Of a stretch of 64,000 bases of DNA, positions 44,111 to 55,900 are shown in pieces. The translations under genes and the position numbers were made by a program. Below the pieces are notes generated by a model. That model had not been told where the DNA came from. It saw only the letters and a program-made list of their open reading frames with translations, and did no database searches. Numbering within the stretch: position 1 is the first letter of the stretch; each line of letters starts with the position of its first letter. This stretch comes from Trichosphaerium sp. ATCC 40318 (Eukaryota > Protista > Tubulinea): the NCBI GenBank assembly GCA_038496445.1, contig JALMLS010000579.1, positions 186,001 to 250,000 of the forward strand, written 5' to 3'.

Positions 44111-46087
44111 ATGGACGAATTTGAAGTGGTTTCTTTACGCACAAGTGCTGAAAAACGGCACGGGCTTTGTTTTATGGTTAATGCAGGTACGTAATGGCGT
44201 AAAAGGCCATCTACGCGATATTATATTTTAACTGTCTGTAGGGTTTTTACACCAACAGATTATGGCGCCACTCATATGGAAACGGCGTTGGGTAGTGTTA
44301 ACAAGCGATGGCATGCTCGTTATTTATAGGCATCAATCTGACGCCCAAACAAAGGTATTTCCCACTTCAATGGCGTTAAAGCAATTAACAGAGCTATAGG
44401 CAGTGGCTCCTAAAAAAAGTTTGAGAGTAGAATTAATAGATGTCACAAATAACGTTAAAACGTCCAAAGCCAATGCGTTTGAGATCGTAAGCCACTTTTA
44501 TTACGTTGGAAAAATGTGACATTTCAGGAGAACATCAAACTTTTTACGCTATTTGGACGTTTAACATTAACGTTATATCTACTCAGATTGGTGCTGGAAG
44601 CTCTCATATATTTCACTCTGATACTCCAGAAGAAAGGATGAAGTGGGCAACTGCGATCAACCTTGTAAAAGCCGGAGAAATGACAAAACCTTCTGATCTC
44701 GCAAAATTAAAGGTATTTTTTTTGAAATACGATTTCTTCTGTTTACAGTGTCTAGCCGCGTAAAGCTAAGGAATCCCCACAACAACCTATACAACGTGAT
44801 AAATCACCCCTTGCAATAAATGATGTAGAAGCGCCGAAAGATGACCAACAGGACGCACCAGTTTCTCCTGTTGTAAAGCCTATAGTTTACACTTGCGAGG
44901 TTTGTTCTTCATGCAGTTTTTTTTGTTTGTCCGTCGGTCACGTGATTTATTTTTAATTCTGTTTTTAGCATCCAGGTACCTTAGAAATATTTTGGATTAT
45001 GTCACGTTGGTAGTACTGATGTATTAATTTGTAGAGATTCGTAAATGCAAAATAGTACGACATCAAGCAGTTCAAACGCAGGTATGCGAGACTTCTTTCC
45101 TTTCTTTTTATTTTTTGGCTGTTTGCTTATTCATGTAATAAGGCTTTCACACGATGGTGTAACTGGAAATTTGCTGGCTTTAATGAAACTGTAAAAGATA
45201 TATATGTAGATTTTAGGTGTGGTACATTGCTTTGTAAATTAGCTAGGGTAAGTGATGTGTACTTTGTTGGAAATTTCTGTTGTTTGTCAAGCAGCTCAAA
45301 ATTTTAGATACTGGCTTGTACAGAGTTCAATCCTATTAAAGAAAACGCAATTAATATGGCAGATAGAATGCAAAATGGTAGGTTTAGTTATGGCTTTTAA
45401 AAAGCTAATGAAGATAAAGTGAATGCAGCAGTTCGGTTTTTAAGACAGAAAAAAATGTTGTTTATAGAAAACTTCTCAGCAAGTGGTACGTTATTCATAT
45501 TATTTTATTGTAATAACGCTGATAAAAAGGGTTTGTGCGAGGAACTAAAAAAGATGTACTCGATCTTTTCTGGGGCATAATTTATGCTGTTGAAATTAAG
45601 GTACTTTAACAAAACTTTCTTGGATACTTCTAATCTGTCACTTAGCCTATCGCTTACAATATGGCGACTGACAGGTTCGCTCTTATTAGTTGGATACAAG
45701 AGAAGCTTTGTGTATACGAAGGAATTACGATAAGAGTATGTGACACACGAGAAAAGCTTAAATTGTAGTACAATAGTTAATCAAAATTTAGGATTTTACA
45801 GAAAGTTTTGCGGATGGATTCGCTCTACTTGCGTTTGTACATTCTATAAATCCGTCTCTTGTTGATCTAGAAGATTTCAAAATGAAGAGTGTTACAGAAA
45901 AGGCGAGAGTGGCTTTCTCACTCGCGCAGATTAATTGGAGTACTCCTTCTATTATTGAGCATCATGGTAAGTGTTATAAACAAAAAAAAAAGTTCTCACT
46001 TCTCTCAAAGACTTCGCCTATGAGCTTGATGAATCATCAATGATAATACAGTTTGCGTTATGGTTCAATAAGCTTCAACGTGGGTAA
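44111..46087 (+). CDS. PH domain + tandem calponin-homology (actin-binding) protein
   Basis: PH: GFLHQQ..WKRRWVVL..ERMKWATAI. CH1: FTRWCNWK..VDFRCGTLLCKL..NVNAAVRFL..LFWGII. CH2: DFTESFADGFALLAFVHSINP..AFSLA. Confidence 0.8.
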
Positions 46088-46268
46088 GGACGATCGTATA
46101 CGATCATGTAAGTTCAACTAAGTAAAAAAGTGTAAAAAAAATCTTCATAAACAAATTTCTCGACCTGCGACTAACATTTTGAAATTGCTGGAAAATAAGT
46201 ACTGTATTATTTTAAATAACTATAAATTGGTTTATAAGATGCGACATAGCAACTGTCATTGAGATAGG

Positions 46269-46703
46269 TTATCCGCCAAATCCCCAGTAGTTCGTGTCAA
46301 AGTCTTGGACAAGTTCTTTGTTAGCGTAGAATCTTCTAACCCATTGATCAGCACCTCCTCGAAGCACCTTAATATCAAAGCCAGTTATTCCTTCATCTTT
46401 GACATGATTGTATAATTTACGAGCACATCTAGGACCTCTGACGGCGCTCTCCATACAATGAAGTACTACCGTATTAGGAGATTGTTTTTCAATTATTTCT
46501 ATGAGGTTTGGTAGTGTTTTTGTGAAATTCGCGTCAGAAAAGTTTATAGAACCCTTCACGCGTCCGCCAGCAATGTCATCATCTCTAACGTCAACGACAA
46601 TTACTTTTCCTTCTTGAATCATTGAAATAAGCTCGGCTTGCTCAATAAACATGCCGTTAGCTTTGACCCAATAGAAAGGATCTTTTAGAAGCTGATTTGC
46701 CAT
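46269..46703 (-). CDS. Rhodanese/Cdc25-like phosphatase (Ych1/Acr2/Ibp1 type)
   Basis: VVDVRDDDIAGGRVKGSIN, HCMESAVRGPRCA (HCX5R), VLRGG; single exon. Confidence 0.88.
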   Translation of the reverse strand: MANQLLKDPFYWVKANGMFIEQAELISMIQEGKVIVVDVRDDDIAGGRVKGSINFSDANFTKTLPNLIEIIEKQSPNTVVLHCMESAVRGPRCARKLYNHVKDEGITGFDIKVLRGGADQWVRRFYANKELVQDFDTNYWGFGG

Positions 46704-46966
46704 TTCTTATTCACCAAAGAACGTGTTTTTGCCACTTAACTACCAGATGTGGTTAAGCGATATATCGCTTCCTATTAAACTACTGCTGTCAGGATGTACA
46801 GAATAAAATCACGTGTAGATGCCTTGAAAGCAAAATTAACGAAGTGGGATAAATAATATACCGCGGAAATAAGTTCAAGTTTCTTTTGATAATTCTTCGG
46901 GTATTTGTTGATCCCTCTACTATTTATGACCTATTTTTATTATCAGATATAGTAAAACACTACGCA

Positions 46967-47728
46967 ATGGGCAAGGTAACGAGAAAATATAGAATAGATG
47001 CTTCTGCAAAGAAGGTGTGGGAGGCTCTGAAGGACTTTGCGAATATATACCGTTTTCATCCAGGAGTAAAGACTTCTTCGTGTCCTACTACCCAGACTGA
47101 AGGTATGATCATAATAAAAACCTTCCAAAGCCCTGAAATGGTTCTTATAATACCGTAGGTATTGGAGCTCAACGCATTTGTAACCTTGGCGGAGGTGATT
47201 CTCTGAGCGAAAAAGTAGTAGAGTGGACCGAAGAAAAGGACATTATGTTCTATACAATTGAAATCTTAGGCAAGTACTGACTGCCACTTGATCGAATGTT
47301 GCGATCTTCACACCCTTTGATCTGACCTAACTGGACGAATTTTAGACTCAACGCTACCAATACAATCTGCTAGAACGACGTTTGGAGTAAAGAGGTAATA
47401 GTCTTTATTTTTTTAACAACCACTTTTAAAACAGCCGTGTAGAATTGGTAAAGGAAAATGTGAGGTTTTCTTCGAGTCTGAATTCGTTCCAAAGTTTGGT
47501 ATTATTGGCAAGGTACGACTTTTGAACTTATCAAACTTGAGTGTAGTATCGAGGCATTGCAAAAGTCTTTTTGTTTTCAAGCAAACATGGATGTTTATTG
47601 TTCTTTAGATTATGGATAAAGTTATGTTCACAGCGAAGTTTCAAAAAGACACCTTGTATATTGTTAAAGGCCTAGAACATTTCGTACTCACTGGCGAAGA
47701 AGTAGGACCAAACACTATTAAAAAGTAG
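46967..47728 (+). CDS. SRPBCC/START (polyketide-cyclase-like) domain protein
   Basis: IDASAKKVWEALKDFANIYRFHPGVKTS..GIGAQRICNL..EKVVEW; multi-exon. Confidence 0.8.
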
Positions 47729-48084
47729 TGGTAGACAACAATAAATATTTCATTCCTATTTTCTATCTTGTTATTTTCTAGAATGTCGAGTATGTGAAGA
47801 GTACATCTACCTTTAAGTTTTCTACGCAGCCTGTCCTTAGCACGAGTACTAGTATTAAGTCCTTGAATGGTAGAAATGTATTGCAAGTACATAAGGCACA
47901 TTGTTTAGTTAAGTACATGTGCTAAGTTGCAAGCGAATTTGACCTTTAGCTATCTATCTGCTAGTATCTGTTTTTGTTTATTCGATCACAATTATGAACG
48001 AGGTACAATTGTACCAGTCTAACAACTTTTGCAACCTAACAACTAAAGAAACAGGGATATACTCTACAAGCGCATAATTGCCTT

Positions 48085-48769
48085 CTATTGCACCTTCCCA
48101 TGGAGATTCAGCTTGATATCATTGATTGGGACCCAGAAATGTATTTACTGTGGCCGCTTCTTTCAAAAAGCGCAGCGACAATGACGAGGTTTGATTGTGA
48201 GATGAAAAGCATGGAAAATGGCAAAAAAGAATCAAAACGCAACTAGTTCAACAAGAGTACTGGAAACACGGTGCACAAGAAGGAGAGTACAAAAGTGGGT
48301 ATCACCACAATGGCAATTTGTGGAAGCAAGGCTTATATGTCAACAACAAAAAAGAAGGAGAATACAAAGAGTGGTATCGCAAGGGTCAATTGAAGGAGCT
48401 GGGTAACTATGTCAATGGTGAAAGAGAGGGACAGTGTTGGAGTTTTATGCCAACGGCTTTGTATGGAACGAGTATAACTATGTCAACGGTGAACTACATG
48501 GAGAGAACAAGGAGTGGTATAACAATGAGCAATTGTGTAGAAAGTGTATGTATGTTAATGATGAAATGGAAGGGGAATACAAAGCGTGGCACCACAACGG
48601 ACAATTGTGGGAGCAAGGCACTTATGCCAATGGTAAGCAAGAAGGAGAGTACAAGGAGTGGTACGACAATGGCCAATTGACAGAGCAGTATACTTTTTTA
48701 AATGGTGAACGAGAAGGAGAATTCAAGAAGTGGGATAGAACTGGCAAATTAAGAGCAAATTATTTGTAG
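48085..48769 (+). pseudogene. Frameshifted intronless F-box-like + MORN-variant (YwqK-like) repeat gene
   Basis: LLHLPMEIQLDIIDW, then ~24-aa repeats EGEYKEWYxNGQLxxxxxYVNG split across frames (shifts near 48235 and 48435). Confidence 0.75.
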
Positions 48770-49180
48770 ATAGATGAATGGAGCTGTAGACATGTAATAA
48801 AACGATGCAAAATATATCAAGTACATGTTGGCTCAAGTGCTGACACCACTTTTGCAAGATTTTTTACTCTCTTTTTCAAGTTTTTTTCACTGGTATGGTG
48901 AAGAGATTCTCGAGATCTACAGGATCTGACGTCATTTCTTTCAAGTTATATAAGTATCAGGTTCCTACTCATCTATAATTTCGTGGATGAGGATAGCCTC
49001 AGTTTGTTTGTTTAGTTTATTTGACTTAAGCAAAAATCCCGTTTCGCGTTGCTGATGTAGTACAACACAAGCTTTCCATAAGCCTGGGGTATACCCCTAG
49101 ATAGCTTCAGTTGTTCAAAAGTTCTAGTCAACGTATTTAGTATGCTTAAAAAAAGCTTCTTTTTGCTAAAGTATGTCGGC

Positions 49181-51216
49181 ATGAAACTCAGGAAACGATA
49201 CTCTATTGTTCTCAAATCCGATTCTAAATATGCGCCAAGCCTTAGAAGTGTATTAATATCAATATCCCTCGTATATCTCCCTGCTGCGTTGCTTATTCTA
49301 TCAATATTCGCTTACGCACGTGCGTGCCTCTAAAATACAGAAAAACAACTCAATAATTTTCATACTTCCTTAAATCTTATCTATTTGAAGAAAGTGGCGC
49401 CGTACATACAATAGAGCTGTCTGCAGACGAAAAGAGCTCTGTTAATGAACCAACAACCGGTAATTCCATAACCACGACGCCCGTCAAAGACAGTTTAACA
49501 ATCAAGCCGGAAAAACCAACGAATAAAGTTAAAACAGCTGCAAGTACAGAGATACCAATCGATACTACTGTTTGTGAAGATGCATTGAGTCGAGGAAAGA
49601 CTATACTAGATACAAGGCTTACTACTATAGATGCAAATAACATATTGGGCACTAATCTCACTTTGTACAATTTTTTTGATAATGCGCAGACACAGTTACA
49701 CGTGCCTTACAAGTGAGTTCTCATGTTTTGCAAAACCCCTTTTAATCCATTAGTATTGTTTTTTATCTCTCGGTTCTAACCTATGTACAAAGGTCTAATT
49801 GTGTTACCTTGCATGTTAATTCTTGTTTTTTTCTGACACATTTATAAGGTTGTTATCTACTTGTGGACTCGATATTCAAAATTACAAACCGCGAGACTCA
49901 GCTGCTGGCGAGCGCGCCTTAAACGTATTTTTCTCAACATCGATTGATAGACTGAGTAATGTGCAACACACTCTTAAATCATTGAATATTGCTTCAAAGT
50001 ACGATACTCTTTTATTCTTTTTGCTATTGACACTACTATTTTAGACAGTTGAATCATGAAACCAACAAGTCAGTTAATGTAGTCTTTGTAGAATATTCAG
50101 CATCTCCTTCGCTGAAACTTAAGAATCTTGCAAAAGCTTTCTCTTACACGTACATTTACATTCCAGGTACGAAAACCCACTACTTAAGGGCGTTCAAACC
50201 AAATCACTTACATGATTTACAATAGATAAAATAGGCATTTTATACGGGTGTGACATGTTTCCTAAATCGTTACTCTATAATGCAATGTTCCTACTAACTC
50301 CAGAAGCGCCTCTATCTGTTTTCCATGATGCTGACATTCCTGTGCCTAAAAATTTCTTTACACTGTTAATGAAGCAAACACAGTTACAAGTACAACCTTA
50401 GATTTAAAAATATCACGTGATCTTGACTCCGTTACTAACTGACATTACTAAAAGAAAACTATGGGGTACTATCAAGGCATGTCATATGCCAAGTACCTAA
50501 AGGGCAAGGAAGCAACTGAAGCAAAGACAATTTTCAAGAAAACAGGAGAATATACGTCACTTAATCATCGAACGAAAAAACAAGCTTTGGGTGGTTCAAT
50601 CATCATAGAGAGTGATCTTTTTAAGCGTATAGGAGGGTACTACTTTTAAAAAAAATCAAGCAAGCAAAGGCATAATTTTAGTGTTGTTTCTAAACATAGA
50701 CCTTTGTTTATATAGTTACGATCCTGAGTTTTATTGTGGATGGGGAGCTGAAGATAAGATGCTCATAGCTAAGATGAATAGTATACTAGCAAAGGATCGT
50801 AATATGAGTAAAAAACCTACATTGGCATGCAAAGATTATCCGGCTAATAGGTATCCTGTTTTTTTCGTACTTTTTTAATGACCGTTTTTACTTATTCTAA
50901 TCATCACGTAGATGCACTTGGCATGTCCCTATATTCGGTGGGACATTACCATTTACTATGCTACATCTTCCTCATAAAAAAGCGCCTCGAGTAAGGTATG
51001 GTACTCAAGAAGTAACGTGCCAAACGCCTTGTCACTCTTAGTAACACTTGAAACAGTTTAGTTTTTTTTTGGTAGCCTGCCTGATTTGAAGCTTACTGTA
51101 CATCATTTAGAGCGCTTGTAAGACAAATGGAAAACCTAGTATACGATTTTCAGAAAATGGATTGGGAACAGCAATTAAAATTCATGGAAAGAAAGAGTAA
51201 TGAATTAAAATTATAG
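49181..51216 (+). CDS. Type II membrane glycosyltransferase (GT2/GT7 galactosyltransferase-like)
   Basis: N-terminal TM helix; SVFHDADI (DxD); GGSIII..FKRIGGYDPEFYCGWGAEDK. Confidence 0.8.
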
Positions 51217-51404
51217 AGTGCTCTTTATACATAGATTCTGTATTCCAAAGATGTTAGCTGGTTCAACTATGTAGGCATGTATAAGCCTTGACCTACCAAA
51301 TAAAAAGTTGTTAGCTACTAAAAAGATTAACATTGCACCAATACTCTAGATATTGTTTTGAAAAACACTGTATTCTATTGACTTGTTCACAAGTGCACCT
51401 ATTA

Positions 51405-52524
51405 CTAGGTTCGAGGCGGAATAATACCTTGAAGGGCAATAATGTAGTTTACACCAAGAGAAGGTTGATGGTTCGCAAAAGACTGACCGACTCCTGCAGA
51501 TGTTGTGTCTCCAGTGACATCAACAGTTGCTTCAACAGTTGTTGTTGCACTTAAAGTACCTTAAAGAAACAATAAGAGCCCTATAAGTTCCAACTTTGCT
51601 GTTTGGAATGAACTGAAACACACCTTTGTCAACTGTCAACCCTGATGTATCCACTCCAAGAGAAAGGTTCACATTACCCGATGTACTTCCTATCACTCTA
51701 TTCTGCTCCACTTTTATTGGACAACGTGCATCCAACGATTGACAAGTGTCTACAACACGCAACAAGTTAAATAGACTACCAGATGTACAAGGCGGTGCTT
51801 CTCCTGGAAGCCCTCTTGAGAGTGTGACATCAGCTGTGACATCTAAATTCAGGTCGACATTCGGATCACCAGTGATTGAAGCGCTTCCTGATATTGTAGG
51901 TTGACCTTCAATGGTTGTCGTAGATGTAGTGAAATCGACTGTTTGGTCCATTAATGATACTGAGTGTGCATGAGAAGGCATATTCGCCTCTGCTAGAGTT
52001 GTAGTTTCTGCTCCAAACCGTTGTCCTTGTCTCACGGTTTGTAAAGCTGATCTTATTAGGTATTATTTTGACTGTACAACCATATGTACCGTTTCCCTGC
52101 CCAGAATGTACAGGAACTCTTCCGCGAAGATCGGGTAGCCTACTTTAAATATTAACATCCCTATTCCACAGGTATGCTGGTTGGCAGGTAGTCACAATAA
52201 GCGAACGTACGCAAAAGTACTTCTACCATCTCCGCCATATGTGGTCCCAATTAAACTGAACAACACCATATTACCACTAATGCCTTTAAGCAATAAGTGA
52301 AAATAAGAATCTCAATACTTACTTTGTATCTGACCGTCGCAAAACGCCCAACCTCGCGGAGCAAAAGTGCCCGCAAATATTCTTATCTCTCCAATAAATG
52401 GCTCCGATGCGTATGAAACAATTAACAAGCTCAATAATACCGATGTAATCTTGTTTTTAAAACATAAGCTTTGCACATGTGATATCATAAAAATTAGACT
52501 ACATACTGCGATGAGATGGCACAT
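51405..52524 (-). CDS. Secreted phage tail-collar domain protein (microcystin-dependent protein MdpB-like)
   Basis: Spliced: MCHLIAITSVLLSLLIVSYA|SEPFIGEIRIFAGTFAPRGWAFCDGQ..LFSLIGTTYGGDGRSTFALPDLRGRVPVHSGQG..GAETTTLAEANMPSHAH...GQSFANHQPSLGVNYIIALQGIIPPRT*. Confidence 0.88.
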
Positions 52525-52991
52525 AATATACTTTACCTTTTGGCTAACGCTTCATGAATAAAAAAAAGAGTTAAGTTAGAACAGTTTCGGGCACTGTTTT
52601 TCACAAGCTTGATTTTACTACATTCGTAGCGCTTTAGTAGGGGTTAAACATATTTGTTTAAGAAATTTAAACTCCGCCAATTCCCACGATTTGTACAGAT
52701 GAACTCCGTTGATTCCTGCTGTATGTTTAATGTATCAATAGATTTCACCTTTGATAGAACCGAAAAGATAACGTGGATTTGATTGAAAGTATCATCACCA
52801 CTTGGCTTAAAAAAAGTCTGTGCGGCCACAGCAGCGAATACATAGTGAAGTCTTTAATACAACCTGTGCATGTGAATCTGAGATTTAGATACAAGCAAGA
52901 ATATATTAACAAAGGGTATAGAAAGAAAACAGCAAGAAAAATAACATGTTAGGTTTATTTCGGTTGGACGGTGGGCTATAGAATAACAATT

Positions 52992-55900
52992 TTAAAGAGG
53001 AACTATAGTACACTTTAAACCATCATTCCATTGCCTGTATTCTGGTGTGTAATATAAAAATGCACACGATGAAGGACCTGTATAAGTACCAGGAACAGCA
53101 GCCTAAAAATCATCGTAAATAAAGCACCAGCTTAAAAGAATCTTGGTCGTGCCTTAACATCAATTTGAATTGTTGATTTTTGTTTTGGATCCATACCACG
53201 CCAATACAGTACAACTTTTCTACCGATCACTTCATAGAAATCGATAGCTTCACTCTTGACAAGCTCCTATCAAGTACATCAGTAAAAATCACGTGATTTT
53301 TTGGTAACAATAAGGTACCTTTAATTTCTCATGACGAGGCTCAAGGCCTCCTGGAAGTCCTATGATTGCGATGACCATAGGCAAGTCAGTATCTTTTTTA
53401 TTTTCAATATCGACTTGGATTTCACCAGTCTCTCCTTCCTTGATTGACTCTGGCTTCATTTGAGTTGCAATTGATATTGAGCATTCATCAGAAGAAGGTC
53501 CTTTCAATGTAAAATAATTGATATTCACATTGTATGGTATGTTTCCTGATCCCTTGGCCATGGTTATTTTGAATTCATGTTTACCAGGCTTGAGTTTTTG
53601 TGCAGCTTCTTTGAAATCTACGAACCAGTTAACAATAGGTTGTTAAACATCTCAACAATTGTCTCGTACCAAGATTTATAGGTTCTACGCTTGTAGCGGA
53701 TATTGTCTTAGTGATCTTTAAGCCACCAATAGTCTAAAGAGCCCAGGTAAGGTTATAGTTTAATCAGAAACAGCAAAAACAGTAATTGAGAGTTTTTCAG
53801 TGTAAAGTCGTACAGCAACTAGGTCAATATCCCCGTTTTCTTTTGGACTCTTATTCATTTGACCATATGTGAATACAGCACGCAGAGCTTGCACAGTTGA
53901 TTGTGAAGTACTCCAAGATCCATTTGATACTTGAGATTGAAGGTACTTCAATCCTGCTTGGATGTTCGATGAGAACTTGTTTGGATCATCACGCAACCAT
54001 CCAGTAACTGCAAGACCAGTTGTTTCAACCAATAGAGATTGTCCATATGATCTTACAATAGATGAGGTGCCTCCCTCTACCTTACCATCTAAATATCAGG
54101 TCAGGCAATGACAAGGTCTTTTGAGAAGGGACTGAGCTTACCTTTCGCTTGTTTTGAAGCTAGATATTCACCAGCTTGACGTGCGGCTTTTTTGTTCTTG
54201 GCGTTGTTGAACGCCATGTACATACATGCCCACACGTATGAGTTTTTGTTATCAGGCAGCGCTTTACCTTGGATATCAAGTTCCTTTGTAACATCATTAG
54301 CAGCTCCAAGTTCGGTGAGGCCATAAAGACAATATGCTGTAAACAAATGTAAGAAAAGTACTTTTTAATGGTGGATTGTACATACCGTTGTTGACGTCTT
54401 TTGGAGGCGAAGAGAAAGCATAACGACCGCGGCCAAGGTGGAATCCTCCTTTACCATCTTTACGTGATAAAAGCCAACTCTTGGCTCGATTAACAAGTGA
54501 CTTGTCAACTATGAAACAAAGTTAATGTTTTAGCTTTTACAGCTTCTTAGCACGTACCTTCCATTGATTTACCAAGATCTTTGAGCATCATTAATCCGTA
54601 TGAAGTCAATGATTCATGAGCTGGTGATCCGCCATACCTTAACACAAAACATGAGCAACAAGGTAATAGGTTACAGCACAGAATGTTTTTTGGAGATGGT
54701 GTTACTTGCCATTCGAATCCTGATGTTATCTTCGTTTCGTATCCAACAATTTTCTTATATCCGACCATCATTTTACTGTGCATGTCTGAAATCAATGATG
54801 GATCTACTCCAATTGTACTGTCATTGAAGAACATTCCAGCCATAGCCATTGGATATAGAGTTGACCCAACTTGTTCAAAACATCCACAAGGTGTACGGAT
54901 CATACCCTTTAGAGCTTTTTGGAATTTGGCTGCATTAGTTGGTAGGATAGACACTTCAATATTTAGCGTGTTTGGAACTAAACATAACGGACGTTAGATT
55001 CATCGTTTCGAAACACGTGAAGAGTAAAGTGAAACCTCTGAAATTACAACTTACCATAATCAGGCAATACGTTGAAAGTATGCTTTTCTGTTTTACTCTT
55101 ACTGATTGTACCACTTGCAGATGCTTCCAATGGAAAGCCCTAGATATATTTTTAAGATACTCGTAACACTCAATAATTTATAAATTGGTACCTTTGGTTG
55201 AATACGAACACTGCGAACAATATTATCTTCACGCTCACTTGAAGTGCCGACAACCTTTAGCTCACTTGTGAGTGGTACGTTTTGTATATCGATTGGAATG
55301 ACAGCGCGTTCTACAAACATGTTAGGTTCCTGTTTATTAGCAGTAGAGGATCAAATGAGGTTGGAACATACGTCTTTGTTCTGGCCCAAGAGTGACACCT
55401 TTTCCTTTGTTTGTTTCTGGATCCAAAAGAAAACCGTCTCCGCCCCACACTTCGAATCCAACATCTGTGATTTTATGTCCAGTGTTGTTGACCATGAGTA
55501 CAGGTAATTGCACTTTATCACCGCAAGACACTTCGATAGGTACTTTAAGATCAACAGAGAAAGGTTCCTTGCAAGGAACAAGCCTATTCGAACATTAGGT
55601 AAACAAAACTATTGTATGAACAAAAAAAAAACAATAACGTACAACTCATTGTAGCCTAGCAGATGCGCGTGATGTATAGAATCGCACATAACATTGAAGC
55701 TTGTGATACTATCGTTCATATCAAACTCAAAAGAGGCGAAACCTGTACATGTTCAGTGAGTAAAGGAAGAACTTTACAAGAAAGAAAAAAAAGGTACATA
55801 CCAAACTTATCAGTGACTAATCCTGCATTCCAGTACAAAGTCTCCTTGAACTCAGTTCTACAAAGGAAGAAAAGTAAACATACAATACATAAAAAAGGTA

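Noticed and set aside
49377-49670. Hydrophobic 97-aa minus-strand ORF
   Set aside because: Antisense shadow of the glycosyltransferase stem exon.
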